Assembly (NCBI GenBank): GCA_964400475.1
Contig: CAYNTH010000005.1
Location: forward strand, 11,064 to 54,337
Direction of reading: 5' to 3'
Source of the DNA: an uncultured archaeon
GTDB taxonomy: Archaea; Aenigmatarchaeota; Aenigmatarchaeia; CG10238-14; SCSR01
DNA: 43,274 nucleotides
Below the pieces are notes generated by a model that was given only the letters and a program-made list of their open reading frames with translations, searched no databases and was not told the DNA's origin. Every line of letters begins with the position of its first letter. Position 1 is the first letter of the stretch. Below are positions 18,236 to 27,796 of the stretch, piece by piece. Position numbers and translations under genes: made by a program.

Positions 18236-20526
18236 ACGAACATACCCACAACCTTTTCTACAACATCGGGATTAACCGATATGGAATCTATTTTCTCCTC
18301 AACTAGGAATTTTATGAACTCCATATTCTCACTGGGAGCCTGGCCACATATACTGACAATACAATCATTTTCATGCGCCTCTCTAATCAACTGACTTATC
18401 GCTCTCTTAACAGCGGGATTTTCCTCTTCGAAATAACCCAATTTGTTCAATATCTCGGAATCCCTGTCAACACCCAACACGAGCTGTGTTAGATCGTTGC
18501 TCCCTATGCTTATACCATCGCAGATTTTGGCGAATTCCGATGCAAGGAAAACAACACTCGGTACTTCTGCCATTATCCATACCATGAAATCATCCCCTCT
18601 TTCAAGTCCCTCGTCCTCTATTATATCCATGCATTTCATGGTTTCATCGACTGTCCTAACGAACGGGAGCATCACCCAAACATTGTTGTATTTTTCTCTA
18701 ACAAACTTCACAGCCTTGCATTCTAGTCTGAAAACGTCCTCAAACTCGGGTGAAACGAACCTGGACACACCCCTCCATCCGAGCATGGGGTTCTCCTCCT
18801 TTGGTTCAAATTCGCTGCCACCCTTCAATTCGTCATATTCGTTAGTCTTAAAATCAGAAAATCTCACAACAACGGGCCTTGGATGAACTGCCGAGGCCAC
18901 CTTTTCTATAGCGTTTTTCAGCACTTCGGAATACTCGTGCGCTTTGCCATCATCTATCAAAGATTTGGGATGAATCCCAAGTTCAGCTATCACGAACTCT
19001 ATCCTCATAAGTCCTATGCCCTCGAACGGCAAATCCTTATAATCGTCTATCTTCTCCGGTACACCCAAATTCATGTATATCTTCGGTTTGTGATCACTAT
19101 CTATTTCTACATCGGTTGTTTCATCCTTGCCAATATCTATTTCCACATCACCATCGTACACTATTCCATTGGTCCCGTCCACTGTCACGGTCTTGCCGTT
19201 CCCTAACTTCTTCAAGGCGTCATCAGCACCGACTATGCATGGTATACCCATTTCCCTCGAAACAATGGCTGCATGGGATGTTGTACCGCCTTTTTCAGTT
19301 ACTATTGCAACGCATTTGCTCATGGCAGGTACGAATTCGGGCGAGGTCATCTCTGTAACAAGCACATCACCCTTCTCTATCTTCTCCGATTCCTCAACTG
19401 TTCTTACAATTTTCACAACCCCTGTTGCAGCGCCTGGAGACGCTGCTATCCCGCTCAAAATAACATCTGCACCCTTGACAGGATCTCCCTTCTTGAATTC
19501 CTTGTTCCCGGTTGTAACTGGTCGCGTTTGTAAAATATGGACATTGCCGCGTTCGATCGCCCATTCTATGTCCTGCGGACCGCTGTAATGTTCCTCCAGT
19601 TTCAACGCGTGCCTGGTGAGTTCTTTCACCTCATCTTCCGTGAGAACCTGCTCTTCCCTCTTGTCCTCGGGCACATCTATCTCAACCGTTTTCTCAGTAG
19701 ATATATCCCTTACATGCATCTTGTCCTTCCTGCCAATATTCTTCTCCAGGATTTCCATACTGTCCTTCGAGACTTTGTACATATCAGGATTGACCTTGCC
19801 GAGAACCAGCGACTCCCCCAGACCCCAGGCAGCTTCGTGTATGACAACATCCTCACCGCTGCTCGGGTCTATTGTGAATGTCACACCAGCCTTGTCCGCA
19901 TTCACCATCCTCTGCACTATAACAGCTATACTGGCCTCCTTAAATCCCTTCTTGGCCCTGTAGAAAATTGCACGTGGTTCGTAAAGGGATGCCCAGCACC
20001 TCTTCACAGCATCCAACAAATATGGAACCCCCTTCACGTTCAAGAAACTCGCCTGTTGACCTGCGAAACTGGCCGTTTTCAGGTCTTCGGTCGTGGCCGA
20101 GCTCCGTACAGCGACTATGGCCATGTCCTTACCTATGGACATTATACTCATATCTTCCGGCAGGTTTATATCCCGCTTGACCGATAATTTGTCGTATACG
20201 CGTTTTATCTCCTGTTTCACTGTTAAAGGGTAATCCGCATCCATTATCCTCCTCTTTATGCGGTCGGATGTATTATTTAGACTGTCAGTATCGTCAACGT
20301 CACAATTACTGATTAGTTTATTTATATCATCGTTCAATTTATTGGATTCCAAGAAATGTTCGAATGCTGATGTACTTACGACGAATCCACCTGGTACAGG
20401 CATCCCTATGGATACCATTTCACCCATGTTGGCCCCTTTACCACCCGCTTCCGGTAGGGAATCCTTTTTCAAATCCTTGAACCAAATAACATATTTGCTA
20501 GATTTTTTGTTTTCTTCTTCTGACAT
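18232..20526 (-). CDS. ppsA: Phosphoenolpyruvate synthase
   Basis: GGKGANMGE, AVRSSATTEDL..ASFAGQ, QDIEWA, GGTTSHAAIVSRE, E.NPMLGWRG, SIGSNDLTQ and ICGQAPS. Confidence 0.96.
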   Translation of the reverse strand: MSEEENKKSSKYVIWFKDLKKDSLPEAGGKGANMGEMVSIGMPVPGGFVVSTSAFEHFLESNKLNDDINKLISNCDVDDTDSLNNTSDRIKRRIMDADYPLTVKQEIKRVYDKLSVKRDINLPEDMSIMSIGKDMAIVAVRSSATTEDLKTASFAGQQASFLNVKGVPYLLDAVKRCWASLYEPRAIFYRAKKGFKEASIAVIVQRMVNADKAGVTFTIDPSSGEDVVIHEAAWGLGESLVLGKVNPDMYKVSKDSMEILEKNIGRKDKMHVRDISTEKTVEIDVPEDKREEQVLTEDEVKELTRHALKLEEHYSGPQDIEWAIERGNVHILQTRPVTTGNKEFKKGDPVKGADVILSGIAASPGAATGVVKIVRTVEESEKIEKGDVLVTEMTSPEFVPAMSKCVAIVTEKGGTTSHAAIVSREMGIPCIVGADDALKKLGNGKTVTVDGTNGIVYDGDVEIDIGKDETTDVEIDSDHKPKIYMNLGVPEKIDDYKDLPFEGIGLMRIEFVIAELGIHPKSLIDDGKAHEYSEVLKNAIEKVASAVHPRPVVVRFSDFKTNEYDELKGGSEFEPKEENPMLGWRGVSRFVSPEFEDVFRLECKAVKFVREKYNNVWVMLPFVRTVDETMKCMDIIEDEGLERGDDFMVWIMAEVPSVVFLASEFAKICDGISIGSNDLTQLVLGVDRDSEILNKLGYFEEENPAVKRAISQLIREAHENDCIVSICGQAPSENMEFIKFLVEEKIDSISVNPDVVEKVVGMFV

Positions 20527-20597
20527 ACTTACTATATTTTGATTTTTTTCGGTAATATTATTAATTCTTGAATAGCGGTTAGAAACGCCCGGGATTT

Positions 20598-22214
20598 TTA
20601 AACATCAGATAAAGAAACCGTACCGTGCTCGAAATATTCGATATTATGTGATTTGTCCCACCATTTCATGAAATTCAATAATAGCTTTTCTTCATTGTCC
20701 ATATTAGTGAAAGACCTGGTCCTTTCAGAGAACAACGAATTGCAGAACAACCTATCCTCTATTTTTTTGATTTTATCAAAATGGTAGTTCATTTGTTCGA
20801 GTTTCTCTTTCCAACCCATGCCATCTAACTCCTCGAATTCTATCCGGTTTCCACTGACCGAGACTCTTGGACCACTCTCGAATTTCTTTATATTGTACCG
20901 CCCGGGGAATTTCTTGAACAACCCGTCCAGCCAGAATTTGAAAATATCGAAATCCTTGATGTACTCTGAGTTCTTGTTAATGAATTCTATTGTCATATCT
21001 ATGTCGTGCTCGGTTTCATAAGGGAATCCGCATATAATCTCGATTTGGGACCATATACCCAACTCGTGTGCTTTGGCCAAGATACGTTCAGCCCTGTCAA
21101 TATCAAGGTCCTTGTTTATGAGATCCAGCATACGTTGACTGCCTGTTTCAAAACCGAATATCATCCTAACCGCACCGGCCCTCTTCAATTTACCCAACAA
21201 CCGATTGTCCATGTTGCGGAAATTCGCACAATCAGTCCAAGATATATCCAATCCCCTTTCAATAACAGTATCTGCAAACCTGTCCGCCACATCGTATGAC
21301 GGGTTAATCTCCGGGTTCATGAAGAAGAAGTATCTTGTATCATATCTTCTGGACAATTCCTCTATATCGTCAGCGACTGTGTCCATATCATTGAATGCCC
21401 AATAAGGATCGTTTGAACGCGCGCAGAAAGCACATTTGAACGGACAACCCTTTATGAAGAAATAGGGCAACACCAGTATCTGAGATTCTCCCCAGTCCGA
21501 CCGGACATCCGTCCTATATATATCCATGGGCAGTCCGTCGAAATCCGGTCTGACGAATATTGTTTCTTTTCCGTGGTTTACACGGTTGACAACTGTCTTA
21601 CCATTATCCGAATAAATTATACCAGGAATTTCTCTGTAAGGAACACCTCTTTCGTAGGATTCGCAATAATTCAAAAGGTTCGATTCGGGCAAACACGTGA
21701 ACTCTCCGATTATCCTACAGTCTATAAGTCCCGAATTGAGCATCTTACTGGAAACACGGTCATCTATCACACCCCCTATGATCACGTCCACATCGTATCT
21801 CTCCTTCAATAATTTGGCCAGAACCAAGGATATACCGGATACCGACGGATTGAACGGTCCGTAAAGGGAAAAACCGAAAACATCGTAACCGCTGCATTTT
21901 GTCATTCCCAATATCCGCTCTCCGATTTTCTCCAGCAATGGATCATATCCAGTGCGTATGAACTCGTTTATCCGTTTTTCGTCATTAAACACGCTCAAAT
22001 CGATATTGTCATCAGGAGAATCGGTTGTATGGTTGTGGTGATGGACTTTTATCATCAGGTCGTCTTGATCAACAAAGAAATGTCTGGATTTCATGAATGA
22101 CGTCAAAGTGGCTATACCGAGAGGGGGCAGATATGGTACACCGCTTTCCGAGCTGTGAGAATCGTCATTAACACTTGTCGAATACCGGGGTGTATACAGC
22201 AACTTCAACTTCAT
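20598..22214 (-). CDS. B12-binding radical SAM protein
   Basis: PPLGIATL, IIGG, GCPFKCAFC, GFETGS and GFPYET. Confidence 0.85.
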   Translation of the reverse strand: MKLKLLYTPRYSTSVNDDSHSSESGVPYLPPLGIATLTSFMKSRHFFVDQDDLMIKVHHHNHTTDSPDDNIDLSVFNDEKRINEFIRTGYDPLLEKIGERILGMTKCSGYDVFGFSLYGPFNPSVSGISLVLAKLLKERYDVDVIIGGVIDDRVSSKMLNSGLIDCRIIGEFTCLPESNLLNYCESYERGVPYREIPGIIYSDNGKTVVNRVNHGKETIFVRPDFDGLPMDIYRTDVRSDWGESQILVLPYFFIKGCPFKCAFCARSNDPYWAFNDMDTVADDIEELSRRYDTRYFFFMNPEINPSYDVADRFADTVIERGLDISWTDCANFRNMDNRLLGKLKRAGAVRMIFGFETGSQRMLDLINKDLDIDRAERILAKAHELGIWSQIEIICGFPYETEHDIDMTIEFINKNSEYIKDFDIFKFWLDGLFKKFPGRYNIKKFESGPRVSVSGNRIEFEELDGMGWKEKLEQMNYHFDKIKKIEDRLFCNSLFSERTRSFTNMDNEEKLLLNFMKWWDKSHNIEYFEHGTVSLSDV

Positions 22215-22253
22215 AAGAATAATAGAGAACCAGATATTTAATTAATAATATAT

Positions 22254-22775
22254 TCAGTTGTCAACGACTTCCATCCTTGTTTTGCATCTTATCTTGCTGC
22301 TGGCCCTTTTGAATGCGGCTTTAACGACTTTCAGGTTCTTCCTGCTGGTGTCGACCCTGAATATTCTCTGATCCTTATCCACAATAGCCGCCCTGTTCGC
22401 AGGTCTGCCGAACGCCTTCCTCATACCCTGTGAGAATCTATCCGCTCCCGCACCCATCGCGATGCTGTGCTCGCGGATGACGTGATGCGGATACACCAAT
22501 ATCTTGAATTTGTAATGCTCAACGCCAAGTTTCGGCTCCAATACTTTCTGTACGGACACCCTGGCAGCCTCAAGTGCATTGCTGCGTATGTTGACATCGT
22601 CCCTGGAAACAAGAAAAATACTTACCTCAAACTCGCCCGTCCTGTTACCCATCTCGAATATGTGCAATTTGGAATGCGGCGCACCGCCCACATAACTCTT
22701 CCTGGGCTTCTTCTTCGATACCCGTGTGTACGGTCTCTTCCTCTTCTTTATTGTTCTCCCCGGTCTCAATGCCAT
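22254..22775 (-). CDS. rpl10e: 50S ribosomal protein L10e (uL16)
   Basis: RPYTR, IRSNALEAAR, YPHHVIRE and GAGADRFSQGMRKAFGRP. Confidence 0.95.
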   Translation of the reverse strand: MALRPGRTIKKRKRPYTRVSKKKPRKSYVGGAPHSKLHIFEMGNRTGEFEVSIFLVSRDDVNIRSNALEAARVSVQKVLEPKLGVEHYKFKILVYPHHVIREHSIAMGAGADRFSQGMRKAFGRPANRAAIVDKDQRIFRVDTSRKNLKVVKAAFKRASSKIRCKTRMEVVDN

Positions 22776-22832
22776 TTTATCCACTCTGTTGAATTATCCA
22801 ATACAATTCTATTTGTCCTATGTTTTATAAAA

Positions 22833-23417
22833 CTAACTATTCCTGCAAGATATTATGTAATCTTCCCCCTTGCCGGTCAGAACGTACACCCTCTTGATTT
22901 TGGAATCGCTGAATTCAATACCAGTAATCGTTTTCACTAACCCGATATCATCCAATTCGGCCATAGACCTCCTAACGGATCTGTAAGATAGATTAGCACT
23001 AGTCGTCACATCAAATGTGGTCGACCCATTGATTGTTCCGTGAACTACACCATCGTAATATATTATATCAGAACTGGTGGAATGCACTGCATCGAGTGCA
23101 TCAGCCAACATTTCGGATTTGCTCCTCCTTGTCATACCCTGTATACGACCAATTATCCCCCTATATCGCCCATTCATGGCAAGTCCTAATGCACCGTATT
23201 TTTCATAAAAATCCACGATTTCCCTGCCCATACTCCCCAAGGCGTATATATCGTTTGGATAGTACTGTATTCTCTCTATAACACCCTCGTCAAGCGCCCT
23301 AGTGAACATCTCCTTGAATAGAGTGTATTTATTATTTGAAAATTGATGATACAGCTTTGTTATCTTTTTCCCTTGGTCAGTTTCGTACAGGAATTCTATA
23401 AAATCGTCGTAATACAT
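22833..23417 (-). CDS. Hypothetical protein with C-terminal winged helix-turn-helix
   Basis: LSYRSVRRSMAELDDIGLV...RVYVLTGKG is a MarR/PadR-like wing. Confidence 0.55.
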   Translation of the reverse strand: MYYDDFIEFLYETDQGKKITKLYHQFSNNKYTLFKEMFTRALDEGVIERIQYYPNDIYALGSMGREIVDFYEKYGALGLAMNGRYRGIIGRIQGMTRRSKSEMLADALDAVHSTSSDIIYYDGVVHGTINGSTTFDVTTSANLSYRSVRRSMAELDDIGLVKTITGIEFSDSKIKRVYVLTGKGEDYIISCRNS

Positions 23418-23566
23418 CCGACATCAAATTCTAAATGGAGTATTTACATATATAAGACTTTTTCACAAAACACCCCTTTATAAATACCGGTGTTAGACTC
23501 GCCGGAAACGGCGTCTACAACATATTTAAATAGACTATAAATAACAATTATTTATTGGATTACGCG

Positions 23567-23617
23567 TTGGACGATAACCTCGTCCGATTTTTATAACGAA
23601 TAAAAGGAGGTGTAAAA
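23567..23617 (+). promoter_or_regulatory. 5' leader of the histone gene with a hairpin and strong SD
   Basis: TTGGACGA-TAACC-TCGTCCGA hairpin, then AGGAGGTG. TATA-like TTTAAATA/TATAAATA at about 23525-23543. Confidence 0.45.
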
Positions 23618-23782
23618 ATGGCATTAGTAGTAAAATCGGCTGTTAGAGATCAAATCAAGGAAATGAGGATCAGTGGGAGCATTTGGGACACACTAGACAA
23701 GAAAGTGGACAAAATCCTGAAAGAAGCAGCTAAAAGAGCAAAGGCAAACGGAAGAAAGACTATCCAACCTAACGACTTGTAA
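23618..23782 (+). CDS. Short histone-fold protein (DUF1931 / face-to-face type), 54 aa
   Basis: MALVVKSAVRDQIKEMRISGSIWDTLDKKVDKILKEAAKRAKANGRKTIQPNDL contains R.S and RA.ANGRKT..D with a truncated alpha3. Perfect SD. Below the ORF-track cutoff. Confidence 0.9.
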   Translation: MALVVKSAVRDQIKEMRISGSIWDTLDKKVDKILKEAAKRAKANGRKTIQPNDL

Positions 23783-23795
23783 AATTTGAATAAAT

Positions 23796-23826
23796 GGGCG
23801 CTACTGCCCCTTTACTTTTTATTTTT
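23796..23826 (+). terminator. Putative terminator after the histone gene
   Basis: GGGCG-CTAC-TGCCC hairpin followed by T-tracts. Confidence 0.5.
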
Positions 23827-23893
23827 AAATCCTGACAACATCTCCAATATATTTCTAGAAAGACTTTAATCTCTAAACCACGATTTAATCATT

Positions 23894-24207
23894 ATGATGG
23901 TCTTACGCAAACCGTATGCTGAGGAGATATACGTACTTTCTAGGAGCATTATATTGAAAATGGGAAGGGGATAACGCCTTCAAAGTTGAAGGAAGAACTC
24001 CCGGAATACGACGGGGATGTGGTGATGGCTACTCTGGGATCCATGGATGGTATATATCTTATATCATCGTGGGAAAAGAACGATGAAAGCAGATGGGAAT
24101 CATTCTACAAACCGAACAAACAGTCGGAATGGGCGTCCCTTCTGGAAAAGATACTCGGACTTGATCCTGATGAGATAGAGTTCGATCCGGCTGCAAGGGA
24201 CCTGTGA
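23894..24207 (+). pseudogene. Frameshifted winged-helix-like gene (or sequencing indel)
   Basis: The frame from ATG 23894 (MMVLRKPYAEEIYVLSR) joins the 23944-24207 frame (EHYIENGKGITPSKLKEEL...) if one G is added at AGGAG near 23943. Confidence 0.5.
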
Positions 24208-24273
24208 TTACGGGAAACAAACAAATACCTCAAAGTTTAAAATCTTGTTTATATTAAATGGAAATGTGATAAA

Positions 24274-24843
24274 ATGAAAGTGATTGGAATTACGGGTACA
24301 ATGGGTTCTGGGAAGAACACGGTCAAAAAAATATTATTGAGCAAATTCAATACTTACCACGTCACCCTATCCGATGTCATAAGGGGGGAAGTCGAGCGCA
24401 AGAAGGGCAGCCTGACAAGGGAAAAAATGCAGAATATGGGAAACGAGATGAGGGAGAAATACGGTGACCATATACTCGCAAAGCTCGCGATCGAGTATTT
24501 ACCAAGGGACAAGGAAATGATAGTGGTTGATGGCCTCAGAAGTCCTGGTGAAGTCGAATACCTGAAACACGAATTCGGTAATAATTTCGTCCTTTTAGCT
24601 GTTGATGCGCCTATGGAAACACGATTCGAGCGCGTTCAAAAAAGAAACGACCAGAAGGATCCCAAAACTATGGAAGAGTTCAAGGAAGCGGATAACCGCG
24701 ACAGGGGTCAGGGAGAGCCAACGCACGGACAGAGAGTGAAGGATTGCGTACAGATGGCTGATTATAGCATAAAGAATGAAGGCACGCACAAACAGCTGGA
24801 AAAGAAAGTGATGGACGTTATGAAGAACATAATGCCGAAATAG
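24274..24843 (+). CDS. P-loop nucleoside monophosphate kinase (dephospho-CoA kinase-like, COG0237 type)
   Basis: GITGTMGSGKNT, SD.IR, DGLRSPGEV, AVDAP.ETRFER and AD..I.NEG. Confidence 0.8.
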   Translation: MKVIGITGTMGSGKNTVKKILLSKFNTYHVTLSDVIRGEVERKKGSLTREKMQNMGNEMREKYGDHILAKLAIEYLPRDKEMIVVDGLRSPGEVEYLKHEFGNNFVLLAVDAPMETRFERVQKRNDQKDPKTMEEFKEADNRDRGQGEPTHGQRVKDCVQMADYSIKNEGTHKQLEKKVMDVMKNIMPK

Positions 24844-24851
24844 GTTTTTGG

Positions 24852-25553
24852 ATGAGAGTAAAGCTTATAGCACATACACCGGAACCGGAGAGAGTATGCG
24901 CTGCATCAGCACAGACATCATACAACGAAAAGGGACCCATCGACCTTATAGAAGAGATAAGCGAGGAAAAGGCCAAAAAGGTCATAAAGAGGGTCGTTGG
25001 ATATGGACATGTCAGTGTTATAGAACATGCAAGTTTTACTTTCGGTGTAGAGGGCGTGTCACGCTCGCTAACACATCAATTAGTGAGGCACCGAATCGCA
25101 TCATACACACAGCAGAGCCAGAGGTACGTCAAAGTGGACGCTTCGAACAACGACTGGTACGTTATCCCGAAAACTTGCGATACTGAGGAAAAACGGGAAA
25201 AATTCCATAAGAGGATGAGGGATGTTGCCAATTGGTACGAGAAGGCCATAGAAGAAGGCATGACCAAGGAGGACGCCCGGTTTTATCTACCGAATGCCGC
25301 AAAAACGAATATCACTGTTACCATGAATGCACGCGAATTATTACATTTTTTTGCTTTGAGGTGCTGCGCTCGCGCGCAGTGGGAGATAAGGGAACTGGCA
25401 GATGAGATGTTGAAAGAGGTGAAGAAGGTCGCACCTGCTATATTTGAAAAAGCTGGGCCAAACTGCGTTCAGAAAGGATATTGCCCAGAGGGCAAGATGA
25501 AGCCGGATGAATGCAATGTTGAAAACATAAAGAAAAGGTACCAGGAGCTATAA
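24852..25553 (+). CDS. thyX: FAD-dependent thymidylate synthase
   Basis: GHVSVIEH, VSR...HQLVRHR.ASY.QQSQRY, EDAR..LP and LRCC.RAQWEIR. Confidence 0.96.
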   Translation: MRVKLIAHTPEPERVCAASAQTSYNEKGPIDLIEEISEEKAKKVIKRVVGYGHVSVIEHASFTFGVEGVSRSLTHQLVRHRIASYTQQSQRYVKVDASNNDWYVIPKTCDTEEKREKFHKRMRDVANWYEKAIEEGMTKEDARFYLPNAAKTNITVTMNARELLHFFALRCCARAQWEIRELADEMLKEVKKVAPAIFEKAGPNCVQKGYCPEGKMKPDECNVENIKKRYQEL

Positions 25554-25577
25554 AAGTATAGACATCAAATTCTAATT

Positions 25578-26033
25578 ATGGATTCCGTACAGACTTACGA
25601 TCCTACAATGGATCAGGATATGTCGGAAAATCCGGATATCGGGGACTACATAAATAAAATACTCTTTCTCAGGGAAATGCCGATGGGCAATTACTTCACA
25701 GGAAATGAAAAGCTAAGGATCAAACAAGAGATATTGATAAGTGATTTCATAGAACCCCTGAAATTGTGCAAGAAATACGTGGAAAACGAGGAAAAGATAC
25801 GGTCTAAAAACGATACGATCAGCATGATACGTATGTCCGTCATATTTGAAAATCCCCTCTTTTTCTCACCATACAACGGGATAGGACACTACCACAGCAT
25901 AAAGCCGTTCCTTGAAATAATTGACAAATACGAAAGAAGGAACAAGGAAATTTCTGATGAAATCAACCGGATGACCAACGGCAACATGGATAAAATGATG
26001 GAAATGTATGAATCTTACAAGGAGTATATTTAA
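25578..26033 (+). CDS. Hypothetical protein
   Basis: ORF only. Confidence 0.55.
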   Translation: MDSVQTYDPTMDQDMSENPDIGDYINKILFLREMPMGNYFTGNEKLRIKQEILISDFIEPLKLCKKYVENEEKIRSKNDTISMIRMSVIFENPLFFSPYNGIGHYHSIKPFLEIIDKYERRNKEISDEINRMTNGNMDKMMEMYESYKEYI

Positions 26034-26081
26034 ACCTCTATGTAAGATTGAAATAAAAATTTTTAGACACATCTCTAAATT

Positions 26082-26363
26082 ATGGGAGAGTCGGACGAAA
26101 TTATCTATGAAAAAATTTATCACATGTACAGCAACGTGGATATTGAAAATAATAAAAACGAGCAAGATATAACAGCATTGTACAAGGACATAGCCATAGG
26201 GACATTGCTAGAAATAATAGGAATAACGTTTGCACTAACATACTCACCAGAAACATCACAACTGTATAAAATGTTGGAGGGTATGACATCATTTGGCTTA
26301 ACAATGTTCCCAATATTTAGAATCAAGGACGCATTATCGAAACTAGAGGAATATAAGAAATAA
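26082..26363 (+). CDS. Hypothetical membrane protein
   Basis: ORF with two hydrophobic segments. Confidence 0.5.
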   Translation: MGESDEIIYEKIYHMYSNVDIENNKNEQDITALYKDIAIGTLLEIIGITFALTYSPETSQLYKMLEGMTSFGLTMFPIFRIKDALSKLEEYKK

Positions 26364-26795
26364 TCATCCATCAGTGCTGCCAAATCCGCCCCTGTTGTCT
26401 TTATCCATATTGTCGACCTCCGACCATACGGCTCTGTCAATCTTGACGAATATGCCCTGAGCTATTTTTTCACCTCGTTTCACCTCAACATCCTCATCGG
26501 ATATATTATATACCTGTAAAAGTATCTCATCGTCATCCCCACAATAATCCTGGTCTATGACCCCTATACTGTGCGGCATAATCAATGATTTCTTCTTAGG
26601 CGTGCTACTCCTGGGCACTATCATCAGAAAATAACCATCTGGCACCTCTATTACCAAATTCGATGGTAACAGTGCTATCCCGTTCGATTCGACCAATGTG
26701 TTCTCCCTGCACAATATGTCGAATCCCACAGATCCGGTAGTCTCATAAATGGGCAACGGTAATTCTTTATCTATTCGTTTGATTTTGACTTCCAT
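26364..26795 (-). CDS. dut: Trimeric dUTP diphosphatase
   Basis: GSVGFDI, PRSS, GVIDQDYCG, IAQG and RGGFGST. Confidence 0.93.
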   Translation of the reverse strand: MEVKIKRIDKELPLPIYETTGSVGFDILCRENTLVESNGIALLPSNLVIEVPDGYFLMIVPRSSTPKKKSLIMPHSIGVIDQDYCGDDDEILLQVYNISDEDVEVKRGEKIAQGIFVKIDRAVWSEVDNMDKDNRGGFGSTDG

Positions 26796-26836
26796 ATCTA
26801 TCTATTATCCTTGTCAAATTAATTATTTCAATGATT

Positions 26837-27373
26837 TCATTCGAACTCAACGCCGCTCAGACGAACACTGAAATCACCATTGTCTGGGAAAACATAAGTA
26901 TAATCTATCATGGCCTTAGCAGGAGGAGCGTTGTCCCTATTATATACACCCGAATCGAATGTGTCCAAATAGTTGTTCGTTGCTTCATCGAAAACTCTAT
27001 TCAATATTTTGTGGAATGCGTTCTTCCTTCGGTAAACCGAATGTCCACTTTCCTCGAAAGCCATTTTCTTTTTGAGAACTATTTCCTTTATCGGATATTT
27101 CAACGGATCTGCCATAACACACTTCCTGCCTTTCGTGCTCACTATCATAGTATCCGTTATCTTATATCCGTCTTCTCTCAGCGTACCACCCATGCTCGGG
27201 GATTCTTTGAATCTAAAAGAAAGACTGCGCTCGTGTTGGGGACAATCGGTCGTTATATCAATATATCTCGCAAGCTCGTCCTCGAGTTCCTCGCCCACGA
27301 AATTGGTATACATGCCTTGTATCTTCTCATAGAGTTTTGAAGCAACATCGCCTATTTTGTCAACACCTTTCAT
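26837..27373 (-). CDS. Hypothetical protein
   Basis: ORF only; start taken at MKGVDK. Confidence 0.55.
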   Translation of the reverse strand: MKGVDKIGDVASKLYEKIQGMYTNFVGEELEDELARYIDITTDCPQHERSLSFRFKESPSMGGTLREDGYKITDTMIVSTKGRKCVMADPLKYPIKEIVLKKKMAFEESGHSVYRRKNAFHKILNRVFDEATNNYLDTFDSGVYNRDNAPPAKAMIDYTYVFPDNGDFSVRLSGVEFE

Positions 27374-27526
27374 AATTCGATTCACCGAACAAAAAATACC
27401 AAATTGGTTGTAAAACGGTGACACGAATATAGTGAAATCAGAATAAAAACTTTTGTGGACTGGAGGACATATTTTTGATCCCGGAGTACAGATTTATTTA
27501 AATGTATTTTCACCAATTGAATTATT

Positions 27527-27796
27527 ATGGCCCTGGAAAGAATAAAATATCTGGACCCTAATCAAGAAATGTCGAAGGACGTGCTGAGGGACGAGCTCGA
27601 GATGATCATGAAAAAATACGGTGGGGAATCGGATATCAATATCGAGAACATAGGATATGGTTATGTGACAATGCCGGTTATCTACCTCATGATCAGTGAT
27701 GGGACCGGATTGGATAACCTCGAAGATATAGAATACTATGAATTGCCGTCTAATTCAAAAATAATGCAAATGCCTGAGCCGAGTGTGATGGTCTAA
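27527..27796 (+). CDS. Hypothetical protein
   Basis: ORF with an upstream TATA-like sequence. Confidence 0.5.
   Translation: MALERIKYLDPNQEMSKDVLRDELEMIMKKYGGESDINIENIGYGYVTMPVIYLMISDGTGLDNLEDIEYYELPSNSKIMQMPEPSVMV

Noticed and set aside
12087-22214. Cys-rich peptide as a RiPP precursor for the radical SAM enzyme
   Set aside because: The genes are 8 kb apart, the peptide has no leader, and the enzyme is B12-type without a SPASM domain. The ferritin/SOD context favours metal binding.
23941-23943. In-frame TAG as pyrrolysine or readthrough
   Set aside because: The same frame has TGA at 23920 and no start in between, so a 1-nt frameshift explains it better.
23420-25575. 15-bp direct repeat GACATCAAATTCTAA at 23420 and 25561
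   Set aside because: About one such match is expected by chance in 43 kb of AT-rich DNA. It encloses housekeeping genes and no recombinase is present.
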